A stretch of 64,000 nt of DNA from Eledone cirrhosa (Eukaryota). Location of the stretch: positions 362,266,001-362,330,000 of the forward strand of contig OZ024743.1 of the NCBI GenBank assembly GCA_964016885.1. The letters run 5' to 3'. The translations under genes were made by a program, and so were the position numbers. Positions 24,919 through 38,500 of the stretch are shown here, one piece after another; within the stretch, counting starts at the first letter, position 1; every line of letters begins with the position of its first letter. The notes under the pieces were generated by a model. That model searched no databases, was not told where the DNA came from, and saw only the letters and a program-made list of their open reading frames with translations.

Positions 24919-25745
24919 TCATTCGTTCATTTATACATACATATGCATTTATATGCACCTGTTTTATGTTTAATCGCACATATGTATATATATACACACA
25001 CACATATATATATGTGTGTGTGTGTGTACAAGCGTGTGTACGTACAAGTGTATGTATGTATGTATGTATGCATCTAGTGAAACAGACATGTTCGTAGATG
25101 TCGTTTACGAGTAATATGAATTGTTCTTGTCTTTGAAGCTCTTATTTCGACTTGGCTGTCTAAACAGAAATGACACCGCCAAAAAATAACCACAACAAAA
25201 AAAGCAACATGAACAATCAGAGAGGAATCGTCCGTCGAAAGAAGGGTTGTAACAACAGCAACAACATCAAATATGATGCAAACATCGATGACAAATAAGA
25301 ACACAAATAAAAACCAGTGACTTGTGAGAGAATATGTGGTAAAACGGTTTGGCTTCACATCAAAAAGGCTTTTATATTTAGCGAGGTGAAATAGTTAGAT
25401 GTAGTAGAGCGTGTAATATTTGCTTAGTGGAGCGTTTCTCAATGTCTGGCATATGGTCAATACCAATGTCTTTTAGTTCTTTGATGTAAAGACTTTCGCG
25501 TTGACAGAAGATAGACATTAATGCAAAAACCAGTTGATAATTGGTGGACAACTTACTAGTAGGACAAATGCCAAAGATTGATAAGCTTATAACCTGCAGT
25601 TATTCGAAGCCAAACGTCCAGAGAATTACTTATTTTGAGGCTAAAATACAGGACTTTATCTACATTACTTGTGTTTGTGAGAGAAAGTATGTATGTATCT
25701 TTGAATGTGTGTATGTGTGTGTGTGTGCGTATGCGTGGGTGTATG

Positions 25746-25799
<54 letters not shown>

Positions 25800-26053
25800 C
25801 GTGTGTGTGGGTGTATGCATGTGTGTGTGTGTGTGTTTCCTGTTTGATAGGAGTGTGGGTGAATGAAAATTTGCTTAATTATCTCAGAATATAGGGGAAA
25901 AATTGTTTTGTAATGTTATTTTTGAATAGTGAAACTACATACGAAAATAATGAGGAGGATAAAGAGAGAATTGTAGAGATGAATATATATGAATAGAGTG
26001 AAATAGAGGGAAGTTAATTATGAGCACGGCGAGAGAATGGATAGAGGTGTGGG

Positions 26054-26216
<163 letters not shown>

Positions 26217-26912
26217 GAATAATGTCTTACAACACTTCGTATATATATATAGTCTGAGTTTTTCGAATATTAATAATAATATTCGTTTTCAATTATGCAT
26301 TTGAATATGGCAAAGCCGGTCATTAATCGATCGTATACATGAAACTGACCAGTCTGCTGATATGCAAATTTGGCTGATCAGTGGGTCTGCTAATATGCAG
26401 ATCTGACTGATCAGGCAGTCAGCTAATATGCAAATCAGGCCGATCAGTCACTGTATATTTTAGAAAATATCATATATATTCACTACCAAATAATTTTGAG
26501 ATAATTTCGTGATGTTTGCTCTAATCAGATTAGAGCAAACATCACGGGCGCTCTATCTCAAAATTATTTTTGAAAAGCATTAGAAATGCACAACCGGTAA
26601 AAACTTAAAACTAAAACTGAATAATAACCAATACTTATTACTAATTTTTACTTATTCCTAATTAAACTATTTTTCACTGGGAACAATTTGTCAGCATTTT
26701 CTTTTCCTTTTACTAATATATCACAACTCGTGTGTTACACCTCTATTCTTGCGTTTCGACGGCTATTTGTGTAATAGCCGTCGAAACGGCTTGAGCTCTG
26801 CCGTCGGGGTCATACTTTTTCCTATTACCCACTCTACTACTCTAAATACTGAGTACTCTGGTGCGTTATTGTCCATCTGGTTGCTTACCACAATTCCTTC
26901 GTTATATATATA

Positions 26913-27489
26913 TTGGTTGAGGACTTCCTGTATTTGGGAGCAAAGATTGGGAATACGAAAGATGATGTGGTTGAGAGGAAGAGCAAGGCCTGGGCGGCGT
27001 GTCACAGCTTGAGATCGGTGTGGAAGTCGGACCTTCGTAGAGACCTGAAAATCCGCCTCTTCATTGCTGTAGTGGAGTCTGTGCTGCTGTATGGGTCTGA
27101 GACTTGGACACTGACCAAGAGACTCACTCAGATGGTGGATAGGTGCTACACGAGAATGCTGAGGATGGCTCTGAACATTAATCAGTATACACTGAGGATG
27201 AAAAACTCAGAGCTGTATGGGAGCATCCCAAAAGTCAGCTCAAAAGTGACACAGAGGAGACTGAGGTTGGCTGGACATGCTCACCGACATCCAGAGTTGA
27301 CATTGCACTCAGTGCTCCTTTGGGAGCCCCTACATGGACACACTAGAAGAGGAAGATCAAGGTTAACATATGTTGATGCCCTAAGGACAGACACTGGTCT
27401 GTTGGAGATGCAGGATATGGCAGCGATAATGAGGGACAGAGACCGCTGGAGAGAACTCGTCCATGGATCTCGGGAATTTTACCCGCCTT

Positions 27490-27542
<53 letters not shown>

Positions 27543-27565
27543 TATATATATATATATATATATAT
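26913..27565 (+). mobile_element. 5'-truncated RTE/RTE-X-like LINE 3' end with (TA)n tail
   Basis: 192-aa ORF VEDFLYLG...VESVLLYGSETWTLT...RRLRLAGH...RRGRSRLTYVD...DRDRW; flanked by TA runs on both sides. Confidence 0.85.
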
Positions 27566-30500
27566 GAATAGACCTGTTATTTTTCTCTAAATTTGTTTCT
27601 CAGTTTCCGCCTTGCCCGTCTCCTCAATATTTCTAGTTCTTTAATTACTCATTCTATTTTCTGGTGAAGGATTTGATTTGCGTTCGAAACATTAAGAGAC
27701 TTTTCTTATTATATCAAGCATAAAACTTATTATATATTTCCTCATTGTACTGTATCGTTTACTTTATTATTTCTGTTTGCCTTTTGCATATATATATATA
27801 TATGTGTGTGTGTGTGTACATGTATGCATATGTGTGTGCATATGTGTAAGGTATATTGGGATATACACAGGATAAGAGAGGAGTCAATTATGTTAGTTCA
27901 TGCGTTTTAACACTGAAACATTAAAGCAAATATATATTAGTGTAGTAAAAGACCGATAATGTTTTTAAATCCAGTACTATGCGGTAGAAAATACGATGCA
28001 AATGATGACAAATGAAACGAGACAAAACAAAGTAGTATTTTACCATGTGCAGCATGATATTACAAGGCCACAACCTCTTTTCAGATGCGAAACTGAAACA
28101 GTCTAAGACCATACAAACGATTGATCAGTTTTCATTGTTATCTTCCCTAACTGGTCTATGTGTTTGAGAAATGTATGCGCATGCGTAGCTTGCTATAGTA
28201 ACGATTTTTCCTCGTGCTTTTCTGACCTCGGAGGTGAATAAAACTTAAATTTATCGTAATTCTACTTGATATTTCTTTAGTTTCAAATATTGTTTCAGGC
28301 CAGTTCCAATATTTAGAAAATTTGTTTACCTCTGGTTGGGCACTCCGGTTTCCATAGATTATAAAAATGATTTTATTAGCATTGGTGAGTTACGTCTAAA
28401 CACTTTGTTCCTACTATTTTTAAAGCCCTTTAAGAAAAATAACAAAATATTACCTTCAATAATAATTCAGTAATTTCAAATTAATTAAAATTGTTTTCCC
28501 TTTCACATAATCTGATTTTTTAAAAATATTTAATACGGATTAATTAGCTATGTTTATGTCAGGTCAGGTTTCTGGCTGCTACTGGTACCATGTAACACTG
28601 TACAACCTGCTCTATAGTCGAGTGATCGGTGACTAAACCGGCTTCTCCACCAGACCCTGCTCTAGTGGGAATGATAAGTGGAACCCTGGCATCACAAAAA
28701 ACAAGAGCTGTGGAAAGAGCAGATGAACTCATCAGCGTCAACGGCCATTCTCCCCAACTATGGGTTAAATAGCCTCAACAACTCGCAATTGGCCAAGCGT
28801 ATAACTTTATTTTGCATAGTTGGGTTTAGTCTTAGTATATTTATGAATTTAACCGCGTTTAAGGTTGGTGTGTGTTCTGCGCAAACGTTAACTATTTCAG
28901 TTTACAACGCAGTAATATGCTTTCAAGTTTTGATTTTTGATGTCTACGAATCTAAAGCACTGGTAGACTCGAAAAGCTAAACCACTAATTATGGATTTAA
29001 GAGGGATTAGCTGTTCGCTTCTGATTAGAAAAATCTCTCGAACTGAAATGTTTGTGCATGTTGAAATGGAAATGGGGACTGTGGTATTCATATAACTCTC
29101 AATATAATTAATAAGACAAATTTAATGGAGGTAAATTGTTTTATCTGGCTATCCAAACCAAATCTCTAGTTTTAATCCGCAAAACTGTTACATTATTAAA
29201 GCCACTGATAAGAAAATAACCACGTACACATCTTCAAACTTGGTCCATTAAGAGACTATTCGGTGAAATAATAAACCATTTCTTACTTCAACTTAAAATG
29301 ATAAATTTATTATAACATAAAATGTATTTTCTGTGAGCATTGGTGAAGTGTGTAATACAAAACAAACCAGAAGTAAGCATCTTAGAAATAAAGTGTTAGA
29401 TATGATGTCGATTCTCATTTTAAGACATTTTGTTTACAGAATAAAATCACCTTGAGAATGCGTGACGTCCACCAATTAATCATTCTCTCCTTTCTTTAAC
29501 TTGAAGATCTTTTATTGTTTTACTACGAAATCAATTTTTATCACTGTCACAATTCTTGTCATTTATTTTCTATTAGTAATAATTCTTAACAATCATTATA
29601 TCGATTTATCACCGTCAAATCATTTAAATACACTAATTCAAGGCAAGATACACTAAAGTCCTCTCCTATTTAGCTTCTCCAGCATTGCCAAGTGACGAAA
29701 CATTAAATAGTTTTATTCTGCTCCTTTTGTTAAAAATAGCAGCTGGTACCGAACTATGGCTACACACAGTGGGTAAATAAAAACTCCAGAGCCTCGATGG
29801 AACCAATAGATTGGCATCCTAGCGATTCGATCACCTGTTACTTTCCCTGTTATCGAACACCATATATAAGCCAACAGCGATATGTTGTCCTATTGAATGT
29901 TTTGTAGCCAGAAACATATGGAGACCGAATTGTTTTATTAAAACAAAATGATTCGTCAGAATTAATGAAAAAGACATTTCGTTTTTTTTTATTTAATGTT
30001 TGTTTTAGTTTTATTATTTTAGTAGACAATATGAATGTTTAGAGAGAAACTGTGGCAGTTGCTATCGTTATTTTATCATAGAAATTTGATCGTTTCTCAG
30101 TCACTCTTCAGCAATAACAATTTTTTCTCGTTCCTCAGTAATAACAATTTTTTCATTTCAGTTACATCTGTTGCTTACATGTTTTAATTAGTTTTTCACC
30201 TCAGCATGACTCCACTAAGCAATACCAATAACATGGCAAACAAACTGATTGCTCTCAATACTTATCGATCAGTTAGTTCAATACACAGTTTTATTAGAAG
30301 TTGAAGATTAAAGTGGCGAAAGGGGAAGCGTCTTTGATATTTAGAGGTTAAACAATGAATTTTCTGAATACTTTATTGATTAAAATGTTTACTTTGAACA
30401 TCATGCTATTTGAACTTCAATGAAAAATTGCCGCTTTGACTGGGGGTAAACAACAATCAACAGTAAGAAATGTATATGAAAATGAAAGAGAGATGGGGAG

Positions 30501-30807
30501 AATGGAAAGGAATGGATGGGCAGATGCTGCCTGTAAACATATTATGTATACAAAGAGAAATATATTCCTCTTTTAACATGTGGTTGATCTTATAGCGGAT
30601 AGAGAGATATATACGATTTTTATCGAGCCTGGAATCATGAATGGCAATATACCCTACAGTAGAATTTCATCTCAGAATCTGGATGGAGAAAAGTTAATGT
30701 TTAAAGAAACATATTATATTTCAGAATAATTTAAATGATTATAAACGTCACACTTTAGATAAATGAGCAACTCTTGCATGAGACAAAATCTGAGACATCA
30801 ACAAGTA

Positions 30808-30974
30808 CCGTATTCCCCCGCGCCGAAGACGCTTCGTCCTCGAGGACGCACCCAAATTTTGGCAACCAAAAATTTGAAAAAAAATAATAAACAACCTTCG
30901 ACCTCCAGGACGTATAGTAGATTTTGAGACTTATCTTAGGAAAGAAGTAGCATCTTCGACGCCGGGAAATACGG
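30808..30974. mobile_element. Tc1/mariner (pogo/Tigger-like) MITE
   Basis: Imperfect TIRs CCGTATTCCCCCGCGCCGAAGA and TCTTCGACGCCGGGAAATACGG, with TA on both sides (30806-7, 30975-6). Confidence 0.75.
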
Positions 30975-31454
30975 TAATTGATCACATTTTATGAAGTACT
31001 AATCCAAATGTCAAAACGAATACTTGAAATAGAGAAAACAACACGAACTATTTCCAAATTGATGATTAGAAACAGGTCCATTGAGACTCCAGAAGTGTTG
31101 AGAACTTGGTAAAGTTATTGTTTCTTACTCAAATCTAATTGTGATAGTACATTTGTCAAATATTCAGTTACAGGCAACATCCGATTATATTTCCAGTTAT
31201 GACACTGACATTTATTAAGTATCTCCTTTATCATTTGAACTATTCTTAACTAATGTATAACATTTTTTTTTTTTTTTTCAATTGCTCATAGTATAGGGAG
31301 GGATGGATTAGAGAAGCTTGATGAACGTGAAATAATTGTGATTAAAGGCAAAATCTGGAAGCTTTTGAAATAAGTGTTTGCCAAAAATATATGGAAGATG
31401 GGTGATTGTTTTTTTAAAATAAGGGACTATATGCTGTGTTAGCATTGTATAATA

Positions 31455-31749
31455 AACCACTGGAAAGAGGAGCACTCCGTCGGTTACGACGACGAGTGTC
31501 CCAGTTAATCCGATCAACGGAACAGCTTGCACATAAAATTAACGTGCAAGTGGTTGAGCATTCCATAGACACGCATACACTTAACGTGGTTCTCAGGAAG
31601 ATTCAGCGAACACAGAATCTGACAAGGCTGGGTGGACTGGAGAAAGGTGAAATAAAGTGTCTTGCTGAAGGACACAATGCGCCGCCGAGAATCGAACTCA
31701 AAACTTTACGATTGTAAGCCGAATACCCTAACCACAAAGCCACGCGCCT
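31455..31749 (-). mobile_element. tRNA-derived SINE of a second family
   Basis: Minus-strand head GGCGCGTGGCTTTGTGGTTAGG (A box), GAGTTCGATTC (B box), then TGTGTCCTTCAGCAAGACACTT. A related degraded copy lies at ~47250-47435. Confidence 0.7.
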
Positions 31750-32303
31750 TTACAATAAGGTACTATAATATTTACATATGGGTAAAAGTACAAAAGAGGG
31801 TTCAATAAATAGTTACTATTGCTTTTGTTGTTGTTATAAATGTAGTTGTTGTTAATGTAGTTGTTGTATCGTCTATATCAACTCTGATCGAGATTACATA
31901 TGACATATATTTAGTTGATCAAACGACAAGGTACATCCCATAAATCCAGTCATCAACATTAATCATCCCTCTCCCTAATTCAAGATATACAACACATTCT
32001 AGCATGTCGTGTTTGCCCTCTCCAGTTCTGATCATCTCATACTTTATTTCCGACATTGTGTATCTACATTTACATTATCCAATGTGTTCGTTCCCTTTTT
32101 TAAGATGATAAGGTATGATCTGAGAGAGATTTGTTTGCTACTTGTAGCAATATGAACGATCACATATGCCGTCCATATATACAATGGATAGTTATCTTGC
32201 TACAGTTGAATTCAATTTAATTGAACATGCTGCTTAAATATATTAAAACTAAACAGAAAAGGGGTGAATATAGGAAGTTTCTTTGAACTAGTCTAGTTTT
32301 AAT

Positions 32304-32533
32304 GATTTCTAGTATTGGCACAAGGCCAGTAATTTTTTTTTCTTTTTTGGGGTGGGTGGGGGGGTAGTCGATTAAGTCGACCAGTGTATTATCGGTACTT
32401 TATTTTATCGACCCCGTAAGGATGAAAGGCGAAGTTAACCTCGGCGGGATTTGAACTCAGAACGTAAAGAGACGCAACTATGCCGCGAAGCATGGTGTCT
32501 TACGCTCTACCTATTCTGCCAATCCACCGCCCT
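32304..32533 (-). mobile_element. tRNA-derived SINE with 16-bp target-site duplication
   Basis: CTAGTCTAGTTTTAAT at 32288-32303 and 32534-32549; A/B boxes and core as in the other copies. Confidence 0.85.
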
Positions 32534-32621
32534 CTAGTCTAGTTTTAATAATAACAGGATGATTCGTTATAATTCACTCTGCTATCTATAGAATTGTTTG
32601 TCATTTACATACTGTATCTTC

Positions 32622-32818
32622 TTATGGCAGTAGATTGTTAGAATCGTTAGAATGTCAGACGAAATGCTTTCCGTTCTGAGTGAAAATGTCACCGAAGTCA
32701 ACGTTGCTTTTCATCTTTCGGAAATTGATTGAATAAAGTACCAATCAAGTACTGGTGTCAATTTAGTTGATTTTCTCATTATTCAAATTGCTGGCCTTAT
32801 AGCTAAGTTAGAAACCAT
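32622..32818 (+). mobile_element. Diverged SINE copy
   Basis: gctttcatctttcgg...aataaagtacca...ttgctggccttatagctaagttagaaacc. Confidence 0.55.
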
Positions 32819-32965
32819 ATTTGTTACTAACTTATTTGTGACTAATATTTCATCATCGTCGACATCGTCGTTGTCGTCGTCATCATCATCATCATCATCA
32901 TCATCGTTGACATCATTGTCGTCTTCATCATCACCACTACTATCACTACCATCATCGTCGTTAAT

Positions 32966-33158
32966 GTGAATTGGCAGTCTCGGTAGAAGGCTGGACGCCA
33001 TGCTTTCTAGCATAGTTACGTCCCTTTACGTTCTGAGTTCAAATCTCGTCGAGGTTAACTTTGCCTTTCATCCTTACGGGGTCGATAAAATAAAGTACCA
33101 GTAATGTACTGGTGTAATTACTGTCCTTGTGCCAAAAGTAGAAACAATTATTATTATT
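32966..33158 (+). mobile_element. tRNA-derived SINE with (ATT)n tail
   Basis: TGGCAGTCTCGG A box, GAGTTCAAATC B box, core GCCTTTCATCCTTACGGGGTCGATAAAATAAAGTACCAG (resembles the Meta/MESC domain, from memory), tail CCTTGTGCCAAAAGTAGAAACAATTATT. Confidence 0.85.
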
Positions 33159-33199
33159 GCAATTTCACCAACACTATCACCATCACTACCCCAGGCCAT

Positions 33200-34120
33200 C
33201 ATTATCGTCATAATTATTATTGCTGTTGTTTGTTGTTGTTGCTGTTATTTCTTTTGTTGTTGTTTGCTGTTGTTGTTGCTATTATTCGTGTCATTTGTTG
33301 TTGCTGTTGATGCTGTTGTTAGTTCATTTGTTTTCTGTTGTTAATGTTGCTTTTTTGCTGCTGCAGCTACTGTTGCTTCTACTGTTATTGTTGTTGTTGA
33401 TCATGCTGGTTGATATTGTTACTGCTGCTGTTGTTCGTGTTGATATTGCTACTGTTGTTGTTTGTTGTTGTTGATCGTGTTGTTGCTGCTGTTGTTGTTT
33501 GTTGGTGTTGATATTGCTACTGTTGTTGTTTGTTGGTGTTGTTCGTGTTGTTGCTGCTGTTGTTGTTTCTTGTTGTTGATCGTGTTGGTTATTGTTACTG
33601 TTGCTGTTGTTCGTGTTGATATTGCTACTGTTGTTGTTTGTTGTTGTTGATCGTGTTGGTTATTGTTACTGTTGTTGTTTGTTGGTGTTGATATTGCTAC
33701 TGTTGTTGTTTGTTGTTGTTGATCGTGTTGGTTATTGTTACTGTTGTTGTTGTTCGTGTTGACATTGCCACTGTTGTTGTTTGTTGGTGTTGTTCGTGTT
33801 GTTGCTGCTGTTGTTGTTTGTTGTTGTTGTTCGTGTTGATATTGCCACTGTTGTTGTTGTTCGTGTTGTTGCTGCTGTTGTTGTTTGTTGTTGTTGATCG
33901 TGTTGATATTGCCACTGTTGTTGTTTGTTGGTGTTGTTCGTGTTGTTGCTGCTGTTGTTGTTTGTTGTTGTTGATCGTGTTGGTTATTGTTACTGCTGCT
34001 GTTGTTCGTGTTGATATTGCTACTGTTGTTGTTTGTTGTTGTTGATCGTGTTGGTTATTGTTACTGTTGTTGTTTGTTGGTGTTGTTCGTGTTGTTGCTG
34101 CTGTTGTTGTTGTTATTAAT
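33200..34120. repeat. (GTT)n-derived composite minisatellite with higher-order duplications
   Basis: GTTGATATTGCTACTGTTGTTGTTTG and TTGATCGTGTTGGTTATTGTTACTG recur several times. Confidence 0.85.
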
Positions 34121-34714
34121 TGCGATATTATTTTTCTATTTTCCTGTCTGTTCGGCCTTAATGTCAAAGAATGCTTTGTGATCAATTACCATGCTCATAA
34201 TTGCCATTATTGTCATCAATGTTGTCCTCATTATCATCACAACCAATGCTGCAATAATCAGTAAAACCATCACAATCGTTCCAATCGTAACCATCATCAT
34301 CATCATCATCATCGTCATCATAACCACTAACGCTACTACCAGACGTGTTACCATCTTTACTATCAGTGCTCTATTTGCAATTTCCCCCAACACCATTACC
34401 ATCATCATCATCATCATCATCACCACCATCACCACCCCATATCCACCGCCATCACTGAGGGTGCCTCTCTGCGGTTACTCGTAGAGCTAGAAATTATTGC
34501 TAAATTTCCTTAAAACAACATGCTGCTGTGTTGGAAAGCGAGACATTGTTAAATGAAATGTAATCCTGAATTGTCTGCATCTATAAAAAAAGACGAAAGA
34601 TTATTATCATAATCATCATTATCATAGTCATCATTATCATCATCCTCGTCAACATCACCAAAATTATCATCATTATTATCCTCATCATTATCATCATTAT
34701 TATCCCCATAGGAT

Positions 34715-34904
34715 GGTGGATTGGCAGTATCGGTAGAGTGTCGGACGCCATGCTTTCCAGCATAGTTACGTCCCTTTACGATCTGAGTTCAAATCCCGCC
34801 GAGGTTGACTTTGCCTTTTCATCCTTACGGGGTCGATAAAATAAAGTACCAGTAATGCACTGGGTAATTGCTGGCCTTGTGCCTAAAGTAGAAACAATTA
34901 TTAT
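34715..34904 (+). mobile_element. tRNA-derived SINE within an (ATC/ATT)n tract
   Basis: GGTGGATTGGCAGTATCGG...GAGTTCAAATCC...core...GGCCTTGTGCCTAAAGTAGAAACAATTATT. Confidence 0.85.
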
Positions 34905-35234
34905 CCTCATCGTTATCGTCATCATCCTCATGCTCACCTCCACCATCATCTTTCTCACTCCAACAAACCCTCTATTATCATAATAAAAGCATCCCCAACA
35001 GCACCATTGACATCACCCTCATTCTCGCCATCTTTCTATTTTTTCTGTAATCATCCTCCCTTTCCTTGTATTTAAACGCTGCTGTTCCATCTAAACCAAA
35101 AGAGCTCCACCCCCACAAACTGACGTGTACACAGGCGGATCCAGTAAAAATCGATAGAACACAGAAAAGACTTCAAATGTAACCAAAAGGATGTAATAAA
35201 TATGATACTTTGTGGGAAAGAGCGAGCTAATATC

Positions 35235-35555
35235 AATAATAATCATCATAATTGTTTCTACTTTTGGCACAAGACCAGCAATTAACCAGTGTATTACTGG
35301 TACTTTATTTTATCGACCCCGTAAGGATGTAAGGCAAAGTTAACCTCGGCGGGATTTTTTCATTACGATTAATTGTTTCTATTTTAGGCACAAGGCCAGC
35401 AAATACCCAGTGCATTACTGGTACTTTATTTTATCGACCCCGTAAGGATGATGGGCAAAGTTAACCTCGGCGGGATTTGAACTCAGAATGGCAAGGGCCG
35501 TAACTCTATGCGTCAAAGCATGGCGTCCGACCCTTTACCGATACTGCCAATCCAC
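35235..35555 (-). mobile_element. Two head-to-tail SINE copies (full 35369-35555; 5'-truncated 35235-35357)
   Basis: Reverse complement of 34715-34904; the full copy begins immediately after the Tx1 copy E tail. Confidence 0.85.
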
Positions 35556-38500
35556 AATGATTTCATTTATTGGCCACAAGGGCCGACATGTAGGGGACAA
35601 TACAAAGACACGGACAGTGGGGTTTACAATAAGGTCGAGTAAAAGTGCACAATGGCAAGACTAATTTAACAATGAAAATATAAAAATATATAAATAAACT
35701 ATGCATAAATATAACAAAATAAATTCTCCTATAGGGGGGTGGACGACTCAGGGGTGACTCAGATACCCAACCAATCCTGAACCACACAGCGCTCTTAGGG
35801 GACACGGGAGAGCACCCCTCTCCTCCTCAAATTAGCTACCCTATAGGCGCCTGGCCAGAGTAGGCCCATTCACACGGGCCATTCTCGCCACATTCATCCA
35901 CCTTTTAGTAAATGTACTAGGGAGCAGCACTTCTCTCTCCACCCTCACCTTCCTTTCCAGATAAAACTTGAAGAAGTTGATGAGGGATTGGCCGAAGAGA
36001 AAAGTGTCTGTCTTCACTCCTTTCAATCTGGTCCACCATATAACCTCTTCACTCCTTTCAATCTGGTCCACCATATAACCTCTTTCGCAACTGCCACCAG
36101 ACGGAAGAAAATTGCCTACTCTTCCTGGCCAAAGGAAGGCGGTGGGTTGATCTTCACTATGGACTCGGCCGATAGCCGGATCCGTTCTACACGCGACAAT
36201 AGCTGTTCGACCTTTAGGCAGAATATCAGGAGATGTCGCTGCCTCAGCACATGTCTGCGCATCATTAGCCACGGCACGCCCAGCCCTCCTTTTAGAGGCT
36301 GCTGGTAGCAAATGGACCGCCTCATAAACAGAACTTGTCCTCTCCACAAGAATGTGAAGAGGAGCCGTCCCAACTTGGCAAGGCGCATACGGGAGCAAGG
36401 CATGACAGTCAGGTGGTAGTAGATGACGGACGGGATATAAGCGTTTCGCCACCTTGGCGGGACCTTTCAGTGATAGCTTCCTCGCAACCCATTTCTGTGT
36501 GAGACTGCCTACCCTGCTCGTTACCTCGTGCCAATTCTTTTCCACCTGGAGGTCTAGTCCGAATCAAACCCCGAGCAACTTTACCGGTCCGTCCGTCCAG
36601 CGCCCCACGACGCTGTTGGACGGCATGAACTTTCCTCTCCAGGTGCCGAGCTGCAAGCCCACCGACTTTTCCGCGTTAAGTTTGGCTCCTGTCAACCCAT
36701 CATATTCCTTCAATAAGGTGCCGACCACCTCGATTTCCGAGGTGTCCGACACCATCACGGTGATGTCGTCCGCATAAGCCGACACAACCTTTCCACGTCC
36801 CGATTCGAGCGGGACACCCTACAACAGCTCCAGCTTACGCAGTAAAAGCTCGAGAGTAAGTACGTACAGAAGGGAAGAGAGAGGGCACCCTTGACGGCCC
36901 GTGTAAAGGAACTTTAACTTTAACAAAGCCATTAACTTTTACCACCGAGCAGGTGCAGCGATCCAGCTTCTGAAGACAGGGCCGGAGCCAGCTGCTTTGT
37001 GGACAAACACCAGATACCGATGGTCGACCCTATCGAATGCTTTCGATTGATCTAAATTGATCAGTGCCCACCGAAGCCAGGTTTACACCCTAACTACCCT
37101 CTCTATGATGAGGTTCCTTAACTACCCTCTCTATGATGTATCGCATGAGGTGGAGATTGCCGTGTATGGACCTGGCTGGGATTGCACAAGTTTGCGCCGC
37201 CCAACCAAATCCTCGACGACAAGCGCCAATCTCTTTGCTAACACCTTGGCCAAAATCTTAAACTCTGTGTTGAGCAGAGTTATGGGGCTGAAGTTGTCTA
37301 ATCTATCTCTCTTGTTCTCGTCTTTCCTTATCAGCGTCATCACTCCCCTGCTCACAGAACTGGGAATACTCCCATTGTGCTGCCTGCTGCAGTAGAGTGC
37401 TTCGAGAAGATCGGAGAACAAGTCTAGCATATTTACGTAAAGCTCGTAGGGCAGGCCATCCAAACCGGGTGATTTGCAGCCGACAAGGGCATCCTCAATT
37501 TCGGCTGAAGTAATCGGCCTTTCGCAGCGCTCAGCGTCAACCGTCGAGATGCGCGGCAAGCCGTCAAGGTAGAGGCTGATATCCGCTACTCTCTCTGACT
37601 CGCCACTCTCCCCGAACAACCGAGCAAAGTACTGGCGAAACGCCTCACACATCCACTTTGAATCGTTTATCTCGTGTCCGTCTCGGTCCGCCAAAGACCG
37701 AATTGTGGTTTTAATACCACGTTGCGCCTCCGCCACACGGGCCCATCGAACAGCTTTGGTTCCATCGTTTCTCAGCGCACGCGCCTTAGCTCTGACAATG
37801 CAACCTTCGTGTTTCGCATTTAAGAAATGGTCTAATGCCATTCTCGCCTCTAGCACGTCAGTTGCAATGCCACTACAAATAGCCTTGTCTCACTTATTAC
37901 CAGCTCCCTCTCCTTTCTATTTTTCTCTAGCGTTAGTTCTTTGCTGAATCCTATCGAAGTTACTCTAATCTCTCTTTTGAGAGCCCCCCACCATCTGTTG
38001 TTGATTATCCCTCCTGTCAATCTTTGCTTAACTAAATTGTTGACTCGGTCCTTGTAAGCCTTACGTGCCGGAAATGACATGTTCAGCTTCCAGTAACCAG
38101 GTCCTAACCTACGCATTTTATCAAGGTCGACTATACAGATCATAAATTTGTGATCTGAATAGGCGACCGTTTTAAAAAGTGGGCAGCCTAAACTATTTCT
38201 ATCTATTTTCCTAATGAAGATCCTGTCTATATACGATCTAGATGACCCCATGCGGTTGGTTCATGTCCATACTGGCGCATTGGGGAAATCTAGTCGATAC
38301 CTGTCAGACAGTTGGAACTGGCTGATTAGGTGCTTGAGGCTTTTGCACCCCACGCTCCTATCAGCTACTCCCACACAATCCCAGCGTGCGTCTAAGATGC
38401 CGTTCCAGTCCCCCGCTAACAGTAAAGGGCGAGACGTACCCAGAAAGGACTCAAGGCGCCTAAAGAAGTCCGGTCGTCCAGCCCCTGTAGGGGCGTAGAC

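Noticed and set aside
28555-28770. GC-richer island, possible LINE 5' UTR with an HDV-like ribozyme
   Set aside because: Could not assign the P1-P4 pairings.
29795-29875. CCAAT/ATTGG pair plus TATA-like box
   Set aside because: Short motifs in AT-rich DNA with no supported downstream gene.
34715-34800. tRNA genes
   Set aside because: The A/B boxes belong to SINE heads with extended spacing and no cloverleaf.
36016-36085. ~34-bp tandem duplication in copy E (another at ~37090-37140)
   Set aside because: Ordinary post-insertion slippage.
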